This document shows, piece by piece, positions 10,701-20,093 of a DNA stretch of 52,505 bases (positions within the stretch are counted from its first letter, which is position 1; every line of letters begins with the position of its first letter). Source of the stretch: a virus (taxonomy: Duplodnaviria; Caudoviricetes); the IMG/VR virus record IMGVR_UViG_3300046786_000203, positions 1 to 52,505 of that record. The stretch is one strand, 5' to 3'. Below the pieces are notes generated by a model. The model was not told the origin of the DNA, made no database searches, and worked only from the letters and a program-made list of their open reading frames with translations. The position numbers were made by a program, and so were the translations under genes.

Positions 10701-11393
10701 TCATTTGTATTCCCCGGTGCTGGCGTGACAATGGATGGTCAAACTAACGCATTACTAACAAGTGGTCTTGCTAATGTTACTATTGGTACATTTGTACAAG
10801 GTGCTGACGGTGGCGTAAGTTGGGAGTATCAAGGTGATGGAAGTGGTAATTCTAGTTACGGTGCTGTAGGTTTAGATACAGGTGGAACTGCTAACACCGC
10901 AAACTTACGCTTTAAAGTACAATTGGTATCAGATCAAGGTAATGTATCTACCAATAAAGAGTGGTTGTTTGATACTGCTGGTAACTTGACATTACCTACA
11001 ATTTCTACTGGTAGTGGCACAGATGAGCAAACAGTTATTCAAAGTCAGCGTAAGATTATTCCTCCATTCAGATATAGTGCTGTAATTGATGGTACTACGC
11101 CTACAGTAGTATACACTGCATCTAGTGTTAACATAACTTCAATGAAAGTTACTATGCAGATCCAACATACTGGTTTAGGTATGGAGTTCTTTGAAGTATA
11201 TGCCACATATACAGGACCCGATACATTCTATACAGTAAGTAACAGAGTTGCGCCTCCTACAATTGATGACAGTGGTGTAGTTGTTGACTTGAACGGTTCT
11301 AACCAAATGCAGATTACTGTAGAAATTAATTCAGGTGCCGCAACATCTTGGGTAACATATGATTCAACAGAGTTTGGCATCCCACAAGACTAA
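7752..11393 (+). CDS. Long tail-fibre-like protein
   Basis: 1213 aa, G/N-rich; QPNITSVGTL, GYVLQTDGTGNLSW, GSN.QIQ(F/Y)N and repeated W.FD..G.L..P motifs. Confidence 0.75.
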   Translation: MANTTIKITQLQNIGNGLATNTLLPVVNTSGTAITQKVTVGNVANFIMNQAGNTLAPAFLANLAYSVVNAAQPNITSVGTLNVNTLKISGGTNGYVLQTDGTGNLSWTTQSGGGGNGTPGGSNAQIQYNLNGEFAGDPDLVWDAGTGRLLTSAIEPGAIYTDEYYYANGEPFSSGNGVPSGSNTQIQFNDAGAFGGNTGFTFNKTTGIFTSPFLAGNGNGLANIQGANVSGAVSYASTANAVAAANVSGLASYTGNVGANIVTANKISSGELYSFSGVIVENADLTHGATAALQLPNNANSSSPIQITNSYGNIRLTTGITAGSLKNWTFDQNGVLYFPGGTIAADDIEGTNNFGFEMPANVGFGILTDAGNNEWSFGSNGTLSVPGINSAAIEGADGFNLRFRAIGEDASAKLEYYDGNSTTSAVAVGINSVSVYTGGNTWTFDQNGNLTLPGNTFAVNYANGQQVNISGGSGNTGNVTFDNQIVIGTGDEFGGGGLYLAPGPAEIANGQYLQVRGGDQPSHIHFDTGNNNFYDQYFGNDNKYVKLSAGADGNILIGTDDTTGNLYRWTFDSAGDTTVPGDIKTITTGFSFTSNISDVDTTTVANAVIVTFVTSSLFPAPVTGQVTISSVVGTTETNGTWYFEAVEANQIQLYYDEALQYPVDGTGWPAYVSGGLAVAAGYNNLSITGGNVSIINNNGNVWTFDNAGQINIPEGSGSFSLGRIQSANGYPTLLGYGSGSHGGPELDWMNSNDPANGFQDNTVLRNTLYINDEGFYVGFNENEVANTAIVNWKFNPDGSTIFPTLTVDLHNGGTQNAQTLQFGDNTQQAIITGPTPSADVNAQRLIIQGQRGNGQNSEGGDVYFWAGDADTYGGDIKIYAGDADNVSAGYGGYINIQGGKGFNEGGYVNITGGQSTNSVGAYVGLTGGQGSTTGGEIDINGGYGGGNGGNVNIIGGVAGNGLGGYGNVNISAGASTWTFDNTGSFVFPGAGVTMDGQTNALLTSGLANVTIGTFVQGADGGVSWEYQGDGSGNSSYGAVGLDTGGTANTANLRFKVQLVSDQGNVSTNKEWLFDTAGNLTLPTISTGSGTDEQTVIQSQRKIIPPFRYSAVIDGTTPTVVYTASSVNITSMKVTMQIQHTGLGMEFFEVYATYTGPDTFYTVSNRVAPPTIDDSGVVVDLNGSNQMQITVEINSGAATSWVTYDSTEFGIPQD

Positions 11394-11412
11394 TAAGAAT
11401 AAGGAAAAATAA

Positions 11413-13683
11413 ATGTCAGCAAATTTACTACCAATCTCATCTCAAGGTGGGTTTATCACAGGAGGAAACATTGTAGTTTCTAGTTATCCAGTATCAAGTC
11501 CTGCACCATATATTAGCGGTTTCTCTAGTGTTAGTGCTGACGGTATTAACCTATTGGCTGGCAACATCAATGGCGGCATTGCTACAGTTGTTACTGATGG
11601 TATCAATTCTATCGCATTAGCCTTAGGTGCTCAGATGGATGTGTTTGGATTCCCGTTTAGTGCTGCCGGAATCCGAGGGCAGTTGACAATAACTGATGTT
11701 ACTACTCCATCTGAGGCTAATGGTAGTTGGTACTATCAATCAGTCAGTGATATTGCATATCAGTTGTATACGGATAGCACATATTCTACTCTAGTGGATG
11801 CTACTGGTTGGTCAGCATACACTGGTGGCGGTAATGTTGCTATTACAAAACAAACACCGGCAGCAAATATTGTTATAAATTCCAATGGATACCTGTCAAA
11901 ATTTGGTGAAACTGGTAACTTAACATTGCCCAACAATCTTAGTGTTGCTGGAGGTGAAATATATCTAACTGGCGAAGGTCTTATTAGATCCAACAACGAC
12001 ACAGTTACTATACAATCGTATGACACAGCTAATAGCATTGGTCGTGGATTAAGAGTTGGAGACAACGGTGGCGTGTATTTAGAACGAGGTACCGATCCTT
12101 CTTGGTTGAGTTTTCACCCAGATGGAGTAGATGCAACAATTTATTCAGGTCCCGGTACATCTGGCGGTGCTGGCAAAAATTTATCTATCTCTGCTGGAGT
12201 TGCTGATTTAGGTAGTTACAACACCAGCCCAGGTGGTAACTTAAATCTTGTTGGTGGTATTGGTGCTAGTGATGATGGCGGCGGAGGCGGCCCTGGAGGT
12301 AGTGTTAATATTCGTGCTGGTGATAGTGCTGATCCAGCTGGTCATGCCGGCAATGTAGTTGTTCAAGCAGGTAGCGCTAATACATGGACGTTTGATTACA
12401 CTGGTAACTTGACTAGTACTGGCAGTATGCAAATACAAAACATCAGAACAGTTGACGGCACAGTTCATGTGGGTCAAGGCGCTGGTCTAACTAGTCAAGG
12501 CACTTATGCTATTGCGATGGGTCGCTTTGCTGGCAGTGACACCCAAGGTGGGGCGGCATTGGCTATAGGTCAGTTAGCAGGCGGAACTAGTCAAGGTAAC
12601 AGTGCTATTGCGTTAGGTCTTTATGCGGCTAACAACACGCAAGGTGCAAACTCTATTGCCATCGGTACTTATGCGGCTAATCTTACACAAAGCCAGAACT
12701 CAATCGCTATTGGTAATCAAGCAGGTAGTAACGCACAAGGACAACAAGCAGTTGCGATAGGTTATAATGCTGGTAATATTACACAAAAAGCAGGAGCGGT
12801 TGCTATCGGTTTAGCCGCAGGTAGTAACACACAAGGTAACAACTCTGTTGCGTTTGGTACTCAGGCAGCAGAAATACAACAAGGGGTAGACGCAATATCT
12901 ATTGGTACTCTTGCCGGTCGTGCATTACAAGCAAACAGTGCTATCGCTATTGGTAGTAGCGCGGCGATTGGTGGTCAAGGTGAGCATAGTATTGCGATTG
13001 GTTCAGGTGCCGGCGGTAACACACAAGCAACCTTATCAATAGCAATGGGCTTGTTTGCAGGTGAAGATCATCAAGGTACTAAAGCAGTTGCTATCGGTGC
13101 ATACGCAGGTAATGTGGGACAAGGTGCGAATAGTATTGCTATTGGAGCAAGTGCAGGTGTAACTAATCAAGCAAGTAGCAGTATCATATTGAATGCTACC
13201 GGTACTACACTAAATGGAACTAACTCAGGTTTATATGTTGCTCCTGTACGAAACGATACCGGTAATGTTACCAACACAGTTTTCTACAATACATCTACTA
13301 AAGAATTGACATACTCAGCCTCGGCGCAAGTTACTGGTAGTTGGACACTTGCGGCAGGTGTTAACACGGTGACCATAAGTGTTCCATTGAATGGTACCTA
13401 CTCTATCTGGGTTAATGGCAACATCCCTAACGGTATCATTACATATACTGCTACCGCAGTCGTTACAAACAACAATGTCCCTGTTCTTGGTAGTCAGTAT
13501 GGCTGGTACTATTCAGCAGGTGGTAATTTAGTTCTTACATCAATGCCAGCTCAAATTGTAGGTACAGTCGGTACTATCAGCACTGCTACAGTAAGCACGA
13601 CAACTGCTAATGTATTCTCATTTGGTATTACTAATAACAGTGGCGCAAGTCAAGTTGTAAACTGGGGTTATACTAAACTATAA
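11413..13683 (+). CDS. Tail-fibre/adhesin-like protein with YadA-head-like repeats
   Basis: About 14 tandem 16-aa QG..(S/A)(I/V)AIG..AG repeats. Confidence 0.75.
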   Translation: MSANLLPISSQGGFITGGNIVVSSYPVSSPAPYISGFSSVSADGINLLAGNINGGIATVVTDGINSIALALGAQMDVFGFPFSAAGIRGQLTITDVTTPSEANGSWYYQSVSDIAYQLYTDSTYSTLVDATGWSAYTGGGNVAITKQTPAANIVINSNGYLSKFGETGNLTLPNNLSVAGGEIYLTGEGLIRSNNDTVTIQSYDTANSIGRGLRVGDNGGVYLERGTDPSWLSFHPDGVDATIYSGPGTSGGAGKNLSISAGVADLGSYNTSPGGNLNLVGGIGASDDGGGGGPGGSVNIRAGDSADPAGHAGNVVVQAGSANTWTFDYTGNLTSTGSMQIQNIRTVDGTVHVGQGAGLTSQGTYAIAMGRFAGSDTQGGAALAIGQLAGGTSQGNSAIALGLYAANNTQGANSIAIGTYAANLTQSQNSIAIGNQAGSNAQGQQAVAIGYNAGNITQKAGAVAIGLAAGSNTQGNNSVAFGTQAAEIQQGVDAISIGTLAGRALQANSAIAIGSSAAIGGQGEHSIAIGSGAGGNTQATLSIAMGLFAGEDHQGTKAVAIGAYAGNVGQGANSIAIGASAGVTNQASSSIILNATGTTLNGTNSGLYVAPVRNDTGNVTNTVFYNTSTKELTYSASAQVTGSWTLAAGVNTVTISVPLNGTYSIWVNGNIPNGIITYTATAVVTNNNVPVLGSQYGWYYSAGGNLVLTSMPAQIVGTVGTISTATVSTTTANVFSFGITNNSGASQVVNWGYTKL

Positions 13684-13688
13684 GCCAC

Positions 13689-13716
13689 AAAAAAGCCCCA
13701 CTTAAGGGGCTTTTTT
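13689..13716. terminator. Bidirectional intrinsic terminator
   Basis: AAAAAAGCCCC-ACTTAA-GGGGCTTTTTT between convergent genes. Confidence 0.9.
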
Positions 13717-13921
13717 ATTTTACCTTTACTAGCATGTGTTCAGCATATTTGTGCTTACACATTGCAGGAATATCTTCCCAGGGGAATTCCTCATAGAAAG
13801 GACACTTTGATTTCCAGACACCTTTCTGAATGAAATATTTGAGTTCCAACAAATCTTCACGCCTACTAGGGTCAAAAGTTCGCTTAGGTTCCGCAAGTCT
13901 ATTCAGTAGTGAGGATCTCAT
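13715..13921 (-). CDS. Hypothetical protein
   Basis: 68 aa ORF coupled to the upstream gene. Confidence 0.65.
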   Translation of the reverse strand: MRSSLLNRLAEPKRTFDPSRREDLLELKYFIQKGVWKSKCPFYEEFPWEDIPAMCKHKYAEHMLVKVK

Positions 13922-14115
13922 TAACTATCCATTTCCATTGCATTCCATTCTTTAACTACAGTAATCATTTCTTCCTCTGTAGTGCAAAGAATTTTACAGT
14001 TCTTCCAATCATTGTCATCATCACGACCACCAACTTCTACCATGAAGCCGTTGTCATAACGATTGACAGTGATTGATTCGTTTACTTTTGAAAGTTTGCT
14101 TAATTTAGTTGTCAT
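13921..14115 (-). CDS. Hypothetical protein
   Basis: Start set at MTTKLSK; coupled stop/start. Confidence 0.65.
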   Translation of the reverse strand: MTTKLSKLSKVNESITVNRYDNGFMVEVGGRDDDNDWKNCKILCTTEEEMITVVKEWNAMEMDS

Positions 14116-14142
14116 GTTTTTAGGGGCATGTAGCCCCATTCC

Positions 14143-14526
14143 TTATTCAGTAGTTTCTTTTGTTGCGGCAAGAACTTCTTCGGCTGTGACAGCCTTCTTC
14201 TTACCACGAGCCTTGATAGATTCAAGACTAGGCTTAGTTGCCTTAACTTTAACAGTGCCTTTGCTTGCTTCTTTAGTTTTGTCAGCAAGACTATCAGCAA
14301 TGGTTGCCTGATCTTCAGCAGATTGGAAGTCAGCATGTGATGCCAGATACTTAAGGCATTCAATCTTTGTCATCTCGCTCGGCAACTCAACAAAGTCACA
14401 GCGAGTGGCACCGCCTTTAGTGAATTGCTTGATGCGGCGAACCATGTCATCAGTGAAACGAACTTTAGCGTTACCATTGTGAACAGTAATACCAGCGACT
14501 TTGAAAGTTTGATTAGAATTAGCCAT
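14143..14526 (-). CDS. Hypothetical protein with basic C-terminus
   Basis: AAGGA RBS before MANSNQ; sigma70-like promoter upstream. Confidence 0.7.
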   Translation of the reverse strand: MANSNQTFKVAGITVHNGNAKVRFTDDMVRRIKQFTKGGATRCDFVELPSEMTKIECLKYLASHADFQSAEDQATIADSLADKTKEASKGTVKVKATKPSLESIKARGKKKAVTAEEVLAATKETTE

Positions 14527-14634
14527 TATGTTTCCTTTAAAAAAAGCTAAGTTTAAAAAATGTGCCGATATCACTCAGCACTGTATAATGATAGCACAAG
14601 TAGTTATTAATGTCAACCACTGTGTTACCCATTA

Positions 14635-14790
14635 TTAAGCATAGTTTGCCGATTCGGAGATCAGCAACCTACCATATTGAGCCTTTGCCATTTGGATTGC
14701 TTGGAAAGGATTGTCAGCGAAGATGGACACACGGCCGAAACCTGCACCCGGTTCGTCTTTGTATTTTACGAGTACCCAAAATTGATTCAT
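14635..14790 (-). CDS. Small hypothetical protein (51 aa, not in the ORF track)
   Basis: MNQFWVLVKYKDEPGAGFGRVSIFADNPFQAIQMAKAQYG...; fills the gap in the operon. Confidence 0.6.
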   Translation of the reverse strand: MNQFWVLVKYKDEPGAGFGRVSIFADNPFQAIQMAKAQYGRLLISESANYA

Positions 14791-14791
14791 A

Positions 14792-15217
14792 TTAAGCCTC
14801 AACAGTGTATGGTTTGTTCCAAGAACCGATGTTCACATCAACATACCAACCCACATCAAAGTAGTCAGTTTGGATGTCCGAATTGTCGTGGTTGCCACCG
14901 TTCATTGTAGTGATAACTTCTTTGAGAAAGTCACGAGCCTTACCCGAGAAGTGTTCTTTGTACCAGTAAACGTTCACATCCAACGATTGATTCTTGCGGA
15001 TGTACTCAATCTGTTCCTGCGACATTTTGTTGCCGTACATCACATTAGCATCGGTCTTGATAAAATTTTCAATGAAGTCAATTTTACCCGACTTGATATT
15101 GAGGACGAAAGTAGAGTGGTTGCGAACAGCAAGCGAACCCTTAACACCATACTTTTTCAGGATAGCCTTGATAGCAGGAGCTTTTTGTGCTTTGCGTTCT
15201 TGATTGAAATAAGCCAT
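14792..15217 (-). CDS. Conserved hypothetical phage protein
   Basis: RBS and own promoter; C-terminal DNSDIQTDYFDVGWY. Confidence 0.75.
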   Translation of the reverse strand: MAYFNQERKAQKAPAIKAILKKYGVKGSLAVRNHSTFVLNIKSGKIDFIENFIKTDANVMYGNKMSQEQIEYIRKNQSLDVNVYWYKEHFSGKARDFLKEVITTMNGGNHDNSDIQTDYFDVGWYVDVNIGSWNKPYTVEA

Positions 15218-15249
15218 TTGTTTGTCCTTTTCTTAACTGTCTAAGATTC

Positions 15250-15279
15250 TATTATATACCCAAACCCATTTATTGTCAA
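15250..15279 (-). promoter_or_regulatory. Early sigma70-type promoter (one of a repeated family)
   Basis: TTGACAATAAAT-11 nt-TA(T/C)AAT; similar copies end near 15511, 17124, 17405, 22344, 25765, 26175, 30305, 35204 and 43280. Confidence 0.8.
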
Positions 15280-15282
15280 CCT

Positions 15283-15450
15283 TTATTCAAAGGTATTTGA
15301 AACAATTTCTTTGATGGTCTTGTAGGCTTCCAGTGTTTTCTTGGGCTGTGCCAACGGATTCTTTGCGATAAATTGCATCGTTGCAAAGTGGGTCAATCCC
15401 AAAAATTCAGCTTCTTTTTGGATGATGTTCAGAGCAGTTTCGATTTTCAT
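15283..15450 (-). CDS. Small hypothetical protein (55 aa)
   Basis: GAGGA RBS, own promoter; MKIETALNIIQKEAEFLG... Confidence 0.6.
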   Translation of the reverse strand: MKIETALNIIQKEAEFLGLTHFATMQFIAKNPLAQPKKTLEAYKTIKEIVSNTFE

Positions 15451-15520
15451 TTCAAGTCCTCTTTATCAGTGTCAATACAAGTATTGTACGCCCAAAACCA
15501 TTTATTGTCAACCTTTGGCT

Positions 15521-15606
15521 AAAATCGCTAGAAGTGTGTCAAGATACGTCCCTGAATCCTCAAGCGATTTTGAAGCTCCTGCGGTACCAAAATGAGTACT
15601 TTAGTT
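15521..15606. repeat. About 85 bp intergenic repeat, copy 1
   Basis: Shares TCGCTAGAAGT, ATCCTC.AGCGATTTTGAAGC.CCT and AAAATGAGTACTTTAGTT with 30315..30399. Confidence 0.8.
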
Positions 15607-15618
15607 CGCCAAATAGTA

Positions 15619-16410
15619 CTACTTGAGTACTACTTTTCCAGCCCTCAAACGAGCGAAAATGTCGTCACCAAACTTCCAACCCTCTGGCATTGAAGTCTGC
15701 AGGTCTAGTTCATTGTCAAGCAAAGACGCTTCCTCGTTTGTAATCAAAACGATTGCAAGATTATTTTTAATCATTTGTGCTACTTCCGTGACAGGAGCCT
15801 TCTCCATTGTCATACTAATAGCCTGATTATAAATCATAATACAGGGAACAATATGTTCTCGGTATGTGTTTTCTTTTGTACGATTAACACTTTCACCAAT
15901 AGTAATCAAATGGTCGATACTATCACCTTCCAATAATGCTCGGGTATTTTCTAAACCAAATCCATCTTCGCTGTCAATAAAATACTTAAATCGTTTTGCG
16001 ATTTTTTCAAAGATATTACGCTCGGATACTTCTCGGGGAATAGGCTTAATAGCTTGACCACGAACCTTCTTTACGATAGTTTCAATACCTTCAATTGTGC
16101 CAATGATAATCCAAAAGTTTTCAAGGACATCACCGTCATAATTGATATTGATAAAGTCTTTTGCATCCTTGCGAGTAGCAGAACGTTTACCGATTTTCTC
16201 AGTAAAGCCTTGTGCCATTATGCGTTTACGCATTTCAGCAACATCCTCAGGCTTTGCTAACCAACCTACTGTATAGTGATTCTTTTTAATCTCGCATTTA
16301 ATACCGTTATTGGTATAGAGTACACAGTTGTTTTGTTCCTCATATACCCGTTCGGTGTACCCTCGCTCCTCGCAAGAAGTTTTAAAGAGGTTAAAGGGTA
16401 CAGCCGCCAT
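15619..16410 (-). CDS. Hypothetical protein, possible HNH-like C-terminus
   Basis: 263 aa; YREHIVP motif. Confidence 0.65.
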   Translation of the reverse strand: MAAVPFNLFKTSCEERGYTERVYEEQNNCVLYTNNGIKCEIKKNHYTVGWLAKPEDVAEMRKRIMAQGFTEKIGKRSATRKDAKDFININYDGDVLENFWIIIGTIEGIETIVKKVRGQAIKPIPREVSERNIFEKIAKRFKYFIDSEDGFGLENTRALLEGDSIDHLITIGESVNRTKENTYREHIVPCIMIYNQAISMTMEKAPVTEVAQMIKNNLAIVLITNEEASLLDNELDLQTSMPEGWKFGDDIFARLRAGKVVLK

Positions 16411-16583
16411 TATGAGTTCACTGTAATAAAGGGGTTAAAATCATCTTCGGTTTTTTCACAATCCTCAATGACCTCATATACCCAAGAAACAGGCACATCA
16501 AGTACTGCGGAGATCGTAGACGGGTGAGTACCCTGTTCCAACATCAATTCGATATCCAGGTATAGTTCGTTCATTTTGCTCAT
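16410..16583 (-). CDS. Small acidic hypothetical protein
   Basis: MSKMNELYLDIELMLEQG...; overlapping start/stop with both neighbours. Confidence 0.6.
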   Translation of the reverse strand: MSKMNELYLDIELMLEQGTHPSTISAVLDVPVSWVYEVIEDCEKTEDDFNPFITVNS

Positions 16584-16768
16584 TTTGAAACCTTCACATT
16601 AGACTTAAACACACCTGCAAGAATAATCACAGCAAACCACGTATAGATATCATACGGGATTGCCAATGCAGGGAACAATGTATTCAGCGACCACAATGTA
16701 AGCAGGGGTCCTGCAACAATGATGATAGCAATAACAGCCAACCAAAAAACAATTTTAATCAAAGTCAT
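16580..16768 (-). CDS. Small membrane protein
   Basis: AAGGAG RBS; two hydrophobic segments. Confidence 0.65.
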   Translation of the reverse strand: MTLIKIVFWLAVIAIIIVAGPLLTLWSLNTLFPALAIPYDIYTWFAVIILAGVFKSNVKVSK

Positions 16769-16778
16769 AATTTTCTCC

Positions 16779-17063
16779 TTAAGCGGCTTGAAGCATGTTA
16801 GCGGGGACTCGCCAGTTTCCGAACGCCTTACCGTTTTCACGGACGATGATGAATTTACGATTTACCTTTTCAACAGTACCAAGCACAGTTTGACCTGACT
16901 TGCTACTAGTGAATTTCACTTGGGAACCTGCACGGAATGTAAACTTGGCTTTCTGTGCAAGTTGGGTACGAGCAAACTTAATAGCCATTTGGATACTATC
17001 CAACTGCTCATTAGTGAATGCACCTGCGATGATAGTAGAATTAATTTCCTGAATCGTTGACAT
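16779..17063 (-). CDS. Hypothetical protein, SH3-like C-terminus
   Basis: AGGAG RBS and promoter; G.VEKVNRK...WRVPANML. Confidence 0.7.
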   Translation of the reverse strand: MSTIQEINSTIIAGAFTNEQLDSIQMAIKFARTQLAQKAKFTFRAGSQVKFTSSKSGQTVLGTVEKVNRKFIIVRENGKAFGNWRVPANMLQAA

Positions 17064-17127
17064 GTTTGCTCCTATGTGTCAGTGTCAATACAAGTATTGT
17101 AAACCCAATTTGATTTATTGTCAAGCC

Positions 17128-17343
17128 TTAGACGTAAAAATCAGTGTCAAAACCAAGTTCAAAATAGACAGCCTCACGGACTGCGGTGTCAGTAGCCTCA
17201 CCGAAGTCTTCGGGGAAACGCTCAGCCAAACTACGGAGTTCAGCAAGAGTTTTGGGCCAATCCAATTTGAGTACTTTAGCAGTACGCACAATTGCATCAA
17301 CTGCATCGTTACCAAAATCTGTGTACATTGCGTAGTAAGCCAT
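17128..17343 (-). CDS. Hypothetical protein
   Basis: AAGGA RBS and own promoter. Confidence 0.65.
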   Translation of the reverse strand: MAYYAMYTDFGNDAVDAIVRTAKVLKLDWPKTLAELRSLAERFPEDFGEATDTAVREAVYFELGFDTDFYV

Positions 17344-17419
17344 TTCTGAGTCCTTTAGTTAACTGTCTATGTAATGATTATATACCCAAATCCATTTATT
17401 GTCAACCTTTTTAGCCATA

Positions 17420-17446
17420 AAAAAGTAGTACTTTCGTACTACTTTT
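17420..17446 (-). terminator. Probable intrinsic terminator
   Basis: AGTAGTAC-GAAA-GTACTACT-TTTTT on the minus strand; same core recurs at about 22355-22382. Confidence 0.6.
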
Positions 17447-17463
17447 AGTGTACTACTTCTGTA

Positions 17464-18522
17464 TTAGAATGCAGAGAAGTAATCGTAGGTCTTAGTCTTG
17501 ACCTTTGTCAGAATCAAGCGAGTACCTTTGTCCTCAAACTCAAACTTACCTTGTTGAGCATCCACTGATACCAATGCATTAGCATTGAAGTGGAAGTATT
17601 CCCAATCACAATCACCGTCTGGATCAGGGTCAAAGGACACTTCAACACCTTTTGGTTGCAGGGGGTTACCATCGAACACGCTAGGATTTACATCACCCTT
17701 GATACTTTCACCATTCTGAATAATTTCAACACTGTACTTAGAACCACCATCGAACTCTGGTTTAGCGTTCAGCATCTTCAAAGATTCTTGAGGAGTTTCA
17801 TCGTAGCGATTCATTTCTTCAACCAATGCCTTCAGCATGTCAAAGTTGAATTCAGCAAACAAGCTAGCAATAGAAACAATCTTTTCAATGTGGTTTTTGT
17901 TTTCCAAAGTGTCTTGGCAGTACTCACGAATGAATTCCGCATCTAGACCCTTAAAGTCAAGCATGTAGAAGATACGACCAGGACGGTTACGCATGTGATA
18001 GTCAACACGGTACTTGTCGTTGGTTGTCAACATAAACAACTTTTTAGAAGGGAAGACACCATCAAGCAATGTCAAGATTGCTTCCTGTTCATCACGGTCA
18101 TAAGTTTTTTCAAATTCATCAAACAAGATAGCACATGGCTGAGTGATAGTTTGAATGAAGCTATTGAACTTGTCACCGTGCCATGGAGCATTGATAACAA
18201 TAGTAGGGATACCTTGCTTTGCCAATTCAATAGCGATGTTCTTGGTTAGCAGTGTCTTACCAGAACCCTTTTCACCTGTCAACATGATACCAGTTGCCGC
18301 AGGTCGTGCCATGAAAGTACGAATCACTCGATCGGTATTTTTCAGGCAGTCACCGTATACTTTGGATAGTGAGGTGAAGCTATCAATCTGCTCCAAGTAG
18401 AGAGGGCCGCCCATTGGCATCTCTTTAACAGTGTAGTTACCTGCAGGCAACATATTGCGAACATCCATAGATTCTTCGGATGCCACCATGAATTGATTGC
18501 CATTTTTAATAAAGCGAGTCAT
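17464..18522 (-). CDS. AAA+ ATPase
   Basis: Walker A GEKGSGKT, Walker B ILFDEFEK, NRPGR arginine-finger region. Confidence 0.9.
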   Translation of the reverse strand: MTRFIKNGNQFMVASEESMDVRNMLPAGNYTVKEMPMGGPLYLEQIDSFTSLSKVYGDCLKNTDRVIRTFMARPAATGIMLTGEKGSGKTLLTKNIAIELAKQGIPTIVINAPWHGDKFNSFIQTITQPCAILFDEFEKTYDRDEQEAILTLLDGVFPSKKLFMLTTNDKYRVDYHMRNRPGRIFYMLDFKGLDAEFIREYCQDTLENKNHIEKIVSIASLFAEFNFDMLKALVEEMNRYDETPQESLKMLNAKPEFDGGSKYSVEIIQNGESIKGDVNPSVFDGNPLQPKGVEVSFDPDPDGDCDWEYFHFNANALVSVDAQQGKFEFEDKGTRLILTKVKTKTYDYFSAF

Positions 18523-18614
18523 GAATTTCTTTCAAACAATTTAACGATTAAGAACTTGTATTGTACGTGAGTTTGGATTTGTTGTATATAAGAAAAGGGC
18601 AAGTGCCCCTTTCT

Positions 18615-20015
18615 TTATTTCATGCTGTTAGCACGAACTTCGTCAAATGTATATTCCTTGATGATTTTACCATCACGATACACTTCAACCAGTGCTTCTG
18701 TCCAAGGACCAATACCCTTGTCAGTCCATCCTTTTGGTGCTTCAACACTAGATGCGAACTCACCACCAGACTGCCAAAGAGTGATACGACCTTTCTTAGA
18801 AGCTTTCACTTTGTCAGTGATTGGGTCTTTGAACACATCAATCCATTCACCGTTGACTTCTGCACTTGAACACTTCATAGCGAACTTTTGGGTATCGCGG
18901 TCAAGTTGTTGCAACAATGCACCGCCCATACCGAATGCAATGTTATCTGCACTGTAGCCATGCATGTCAACCATCACACTGAGGATTGACTTGATGCTCA
19001 ATTGGTTGATACCGTCACCCCACAACACACGAACATTGTTCAGTACTTTGTAGCCCTTGCTGTTTGTAGTGTAGCCGAAACCTTCAGCCAAGATGCGGAA
19101 CATTTTTGGCAACACTTCTACAGGATCACCACTGTCTGGACGAATCACGACTGTAGCACCACTGTCAATGACTTGTTGTTTCAAGTCACCAGTACTCCAC
19201 ATGCGGCATGCTTCGTAAATGTCGTAGCTGTCAGACACAACTGCCAACAATGCACCGGATACACCAAACTGCTTGACCATGTTGCTGTAGGCTTTTACTT
19301 CGCCTGCACGACCCCAACTAGTGATAGTACTGTGTTCAGCGGCTGGGATGGAGAAACCAGCAACACCAGCGTTGTAATATTCACGAGCCACCAGTATACC
19401 ACTGAGAGTATCAGTCCCCATGAAGTTAACCAAGTGCGCGGCACCACCGATACCAGCAGACTCCATGCTAGAGACACCACGAGCGCCGAAATCATGTAAC
19501 TTAAAACCAATAGTTGTAGGGTCACCTGATTTCTCCAAGTATTCTGCGAGAATGTTTTTAATGAATTTGCTTTGTGTTGATACTGTAGTACCATACCACA
19601 CTGCTCGGAGCAATGCAGTCTCAAGCCAGGTAGTCAACCAGAAACATTCTGTATCGGTATTTTCAATTGTAGCGAGTACGTTCTTGACAGGGACAACAGT
19701 TCCTTCAGGGACTGCTCGGATGACAACTGGCAAGTATCCTTGGTGCTTGTCAAGAATGTACTGCCATCCTGCTCGGTTGAAAGGCTCACCGTGTGCGGTA
19801 AGAATTTCATCAGCGATATCAATGTCGGCTTGTGTGATTGGTTCGAGCAAGTATTCCTTGATAAAAGCCTGTAGTCCGAAGAATACAGTCCTATCGTAAC
19901 GTCCACCGCGTGATTCGATATATGAATATACACCTGTAGTTCCTACTGGGTATTGTTTGAACATTGATACTTTATAGCTATCAGTGTTAAGTATTAAGTT
20001 TTTTGCGAGTTTCAT
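18615..20015 (-). CDS. nadV: Nicotinamide phosphoribosyltransferase (NAMPT)
   Basis: TDSYKVS, LHDFGARG, SIPAAEHS, VSDSYD and IRPDSGDP motifs. Confidence 0.95.
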   Translation of the reverse strand: MKLAKNLILNTDSYKVSMFKQYPVGTTGVYSYIESRGGRYDRTVFFGLQAFIKEYLLEPITQADIDIADEILTAHGEPFNRAGWQYILDKHQGYLPVVIRAVPEGTVVPVKNVLATIENTDTECFWLTTWLETALLRAVWYGTTVSTQSKFIKNILAEYLEKSGDPTTIGFKLHDFGARGVSSMESAGIGGAAHLVNFMGTDTLSGILVAREYYNAGVAGFSIPAAEHSTITSWGRAGEVKAYSNMVKQFGVSGALLAVVSDSYDIYEACRMWSTGDLKQQVIDSGATVVIRPDSGDPVEVLPKMFRILAEGFGYTTNSKGYKVLNNVRVLWGDGINQLSIKSILSVMVDMHGYSADNIAFGMGGALLQQLDRDTQKFAMKCSSAEVNGEWIDVFKDPITDKVKASKKGRITLWQSGGEFASSVEAPKGWTDKGIGPWTEALVEVYRDGKIIKEYTFDEVRANSMK

Positions 20016-20093
20016 AATAAAGTTCCTTTATTTAAATTGCCTTGCGTCTATCGCTAGGACTTGTTTACAGTATAACACTAACCTATTTTAGTG

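Noticed and set aside
6644-13683. Diversity-generating retroelement acting on the tail fibres
   Set aside because: No reverse transcriptase and no near-identical template/variable repeat pair with adenine-specific mismatches was seen.
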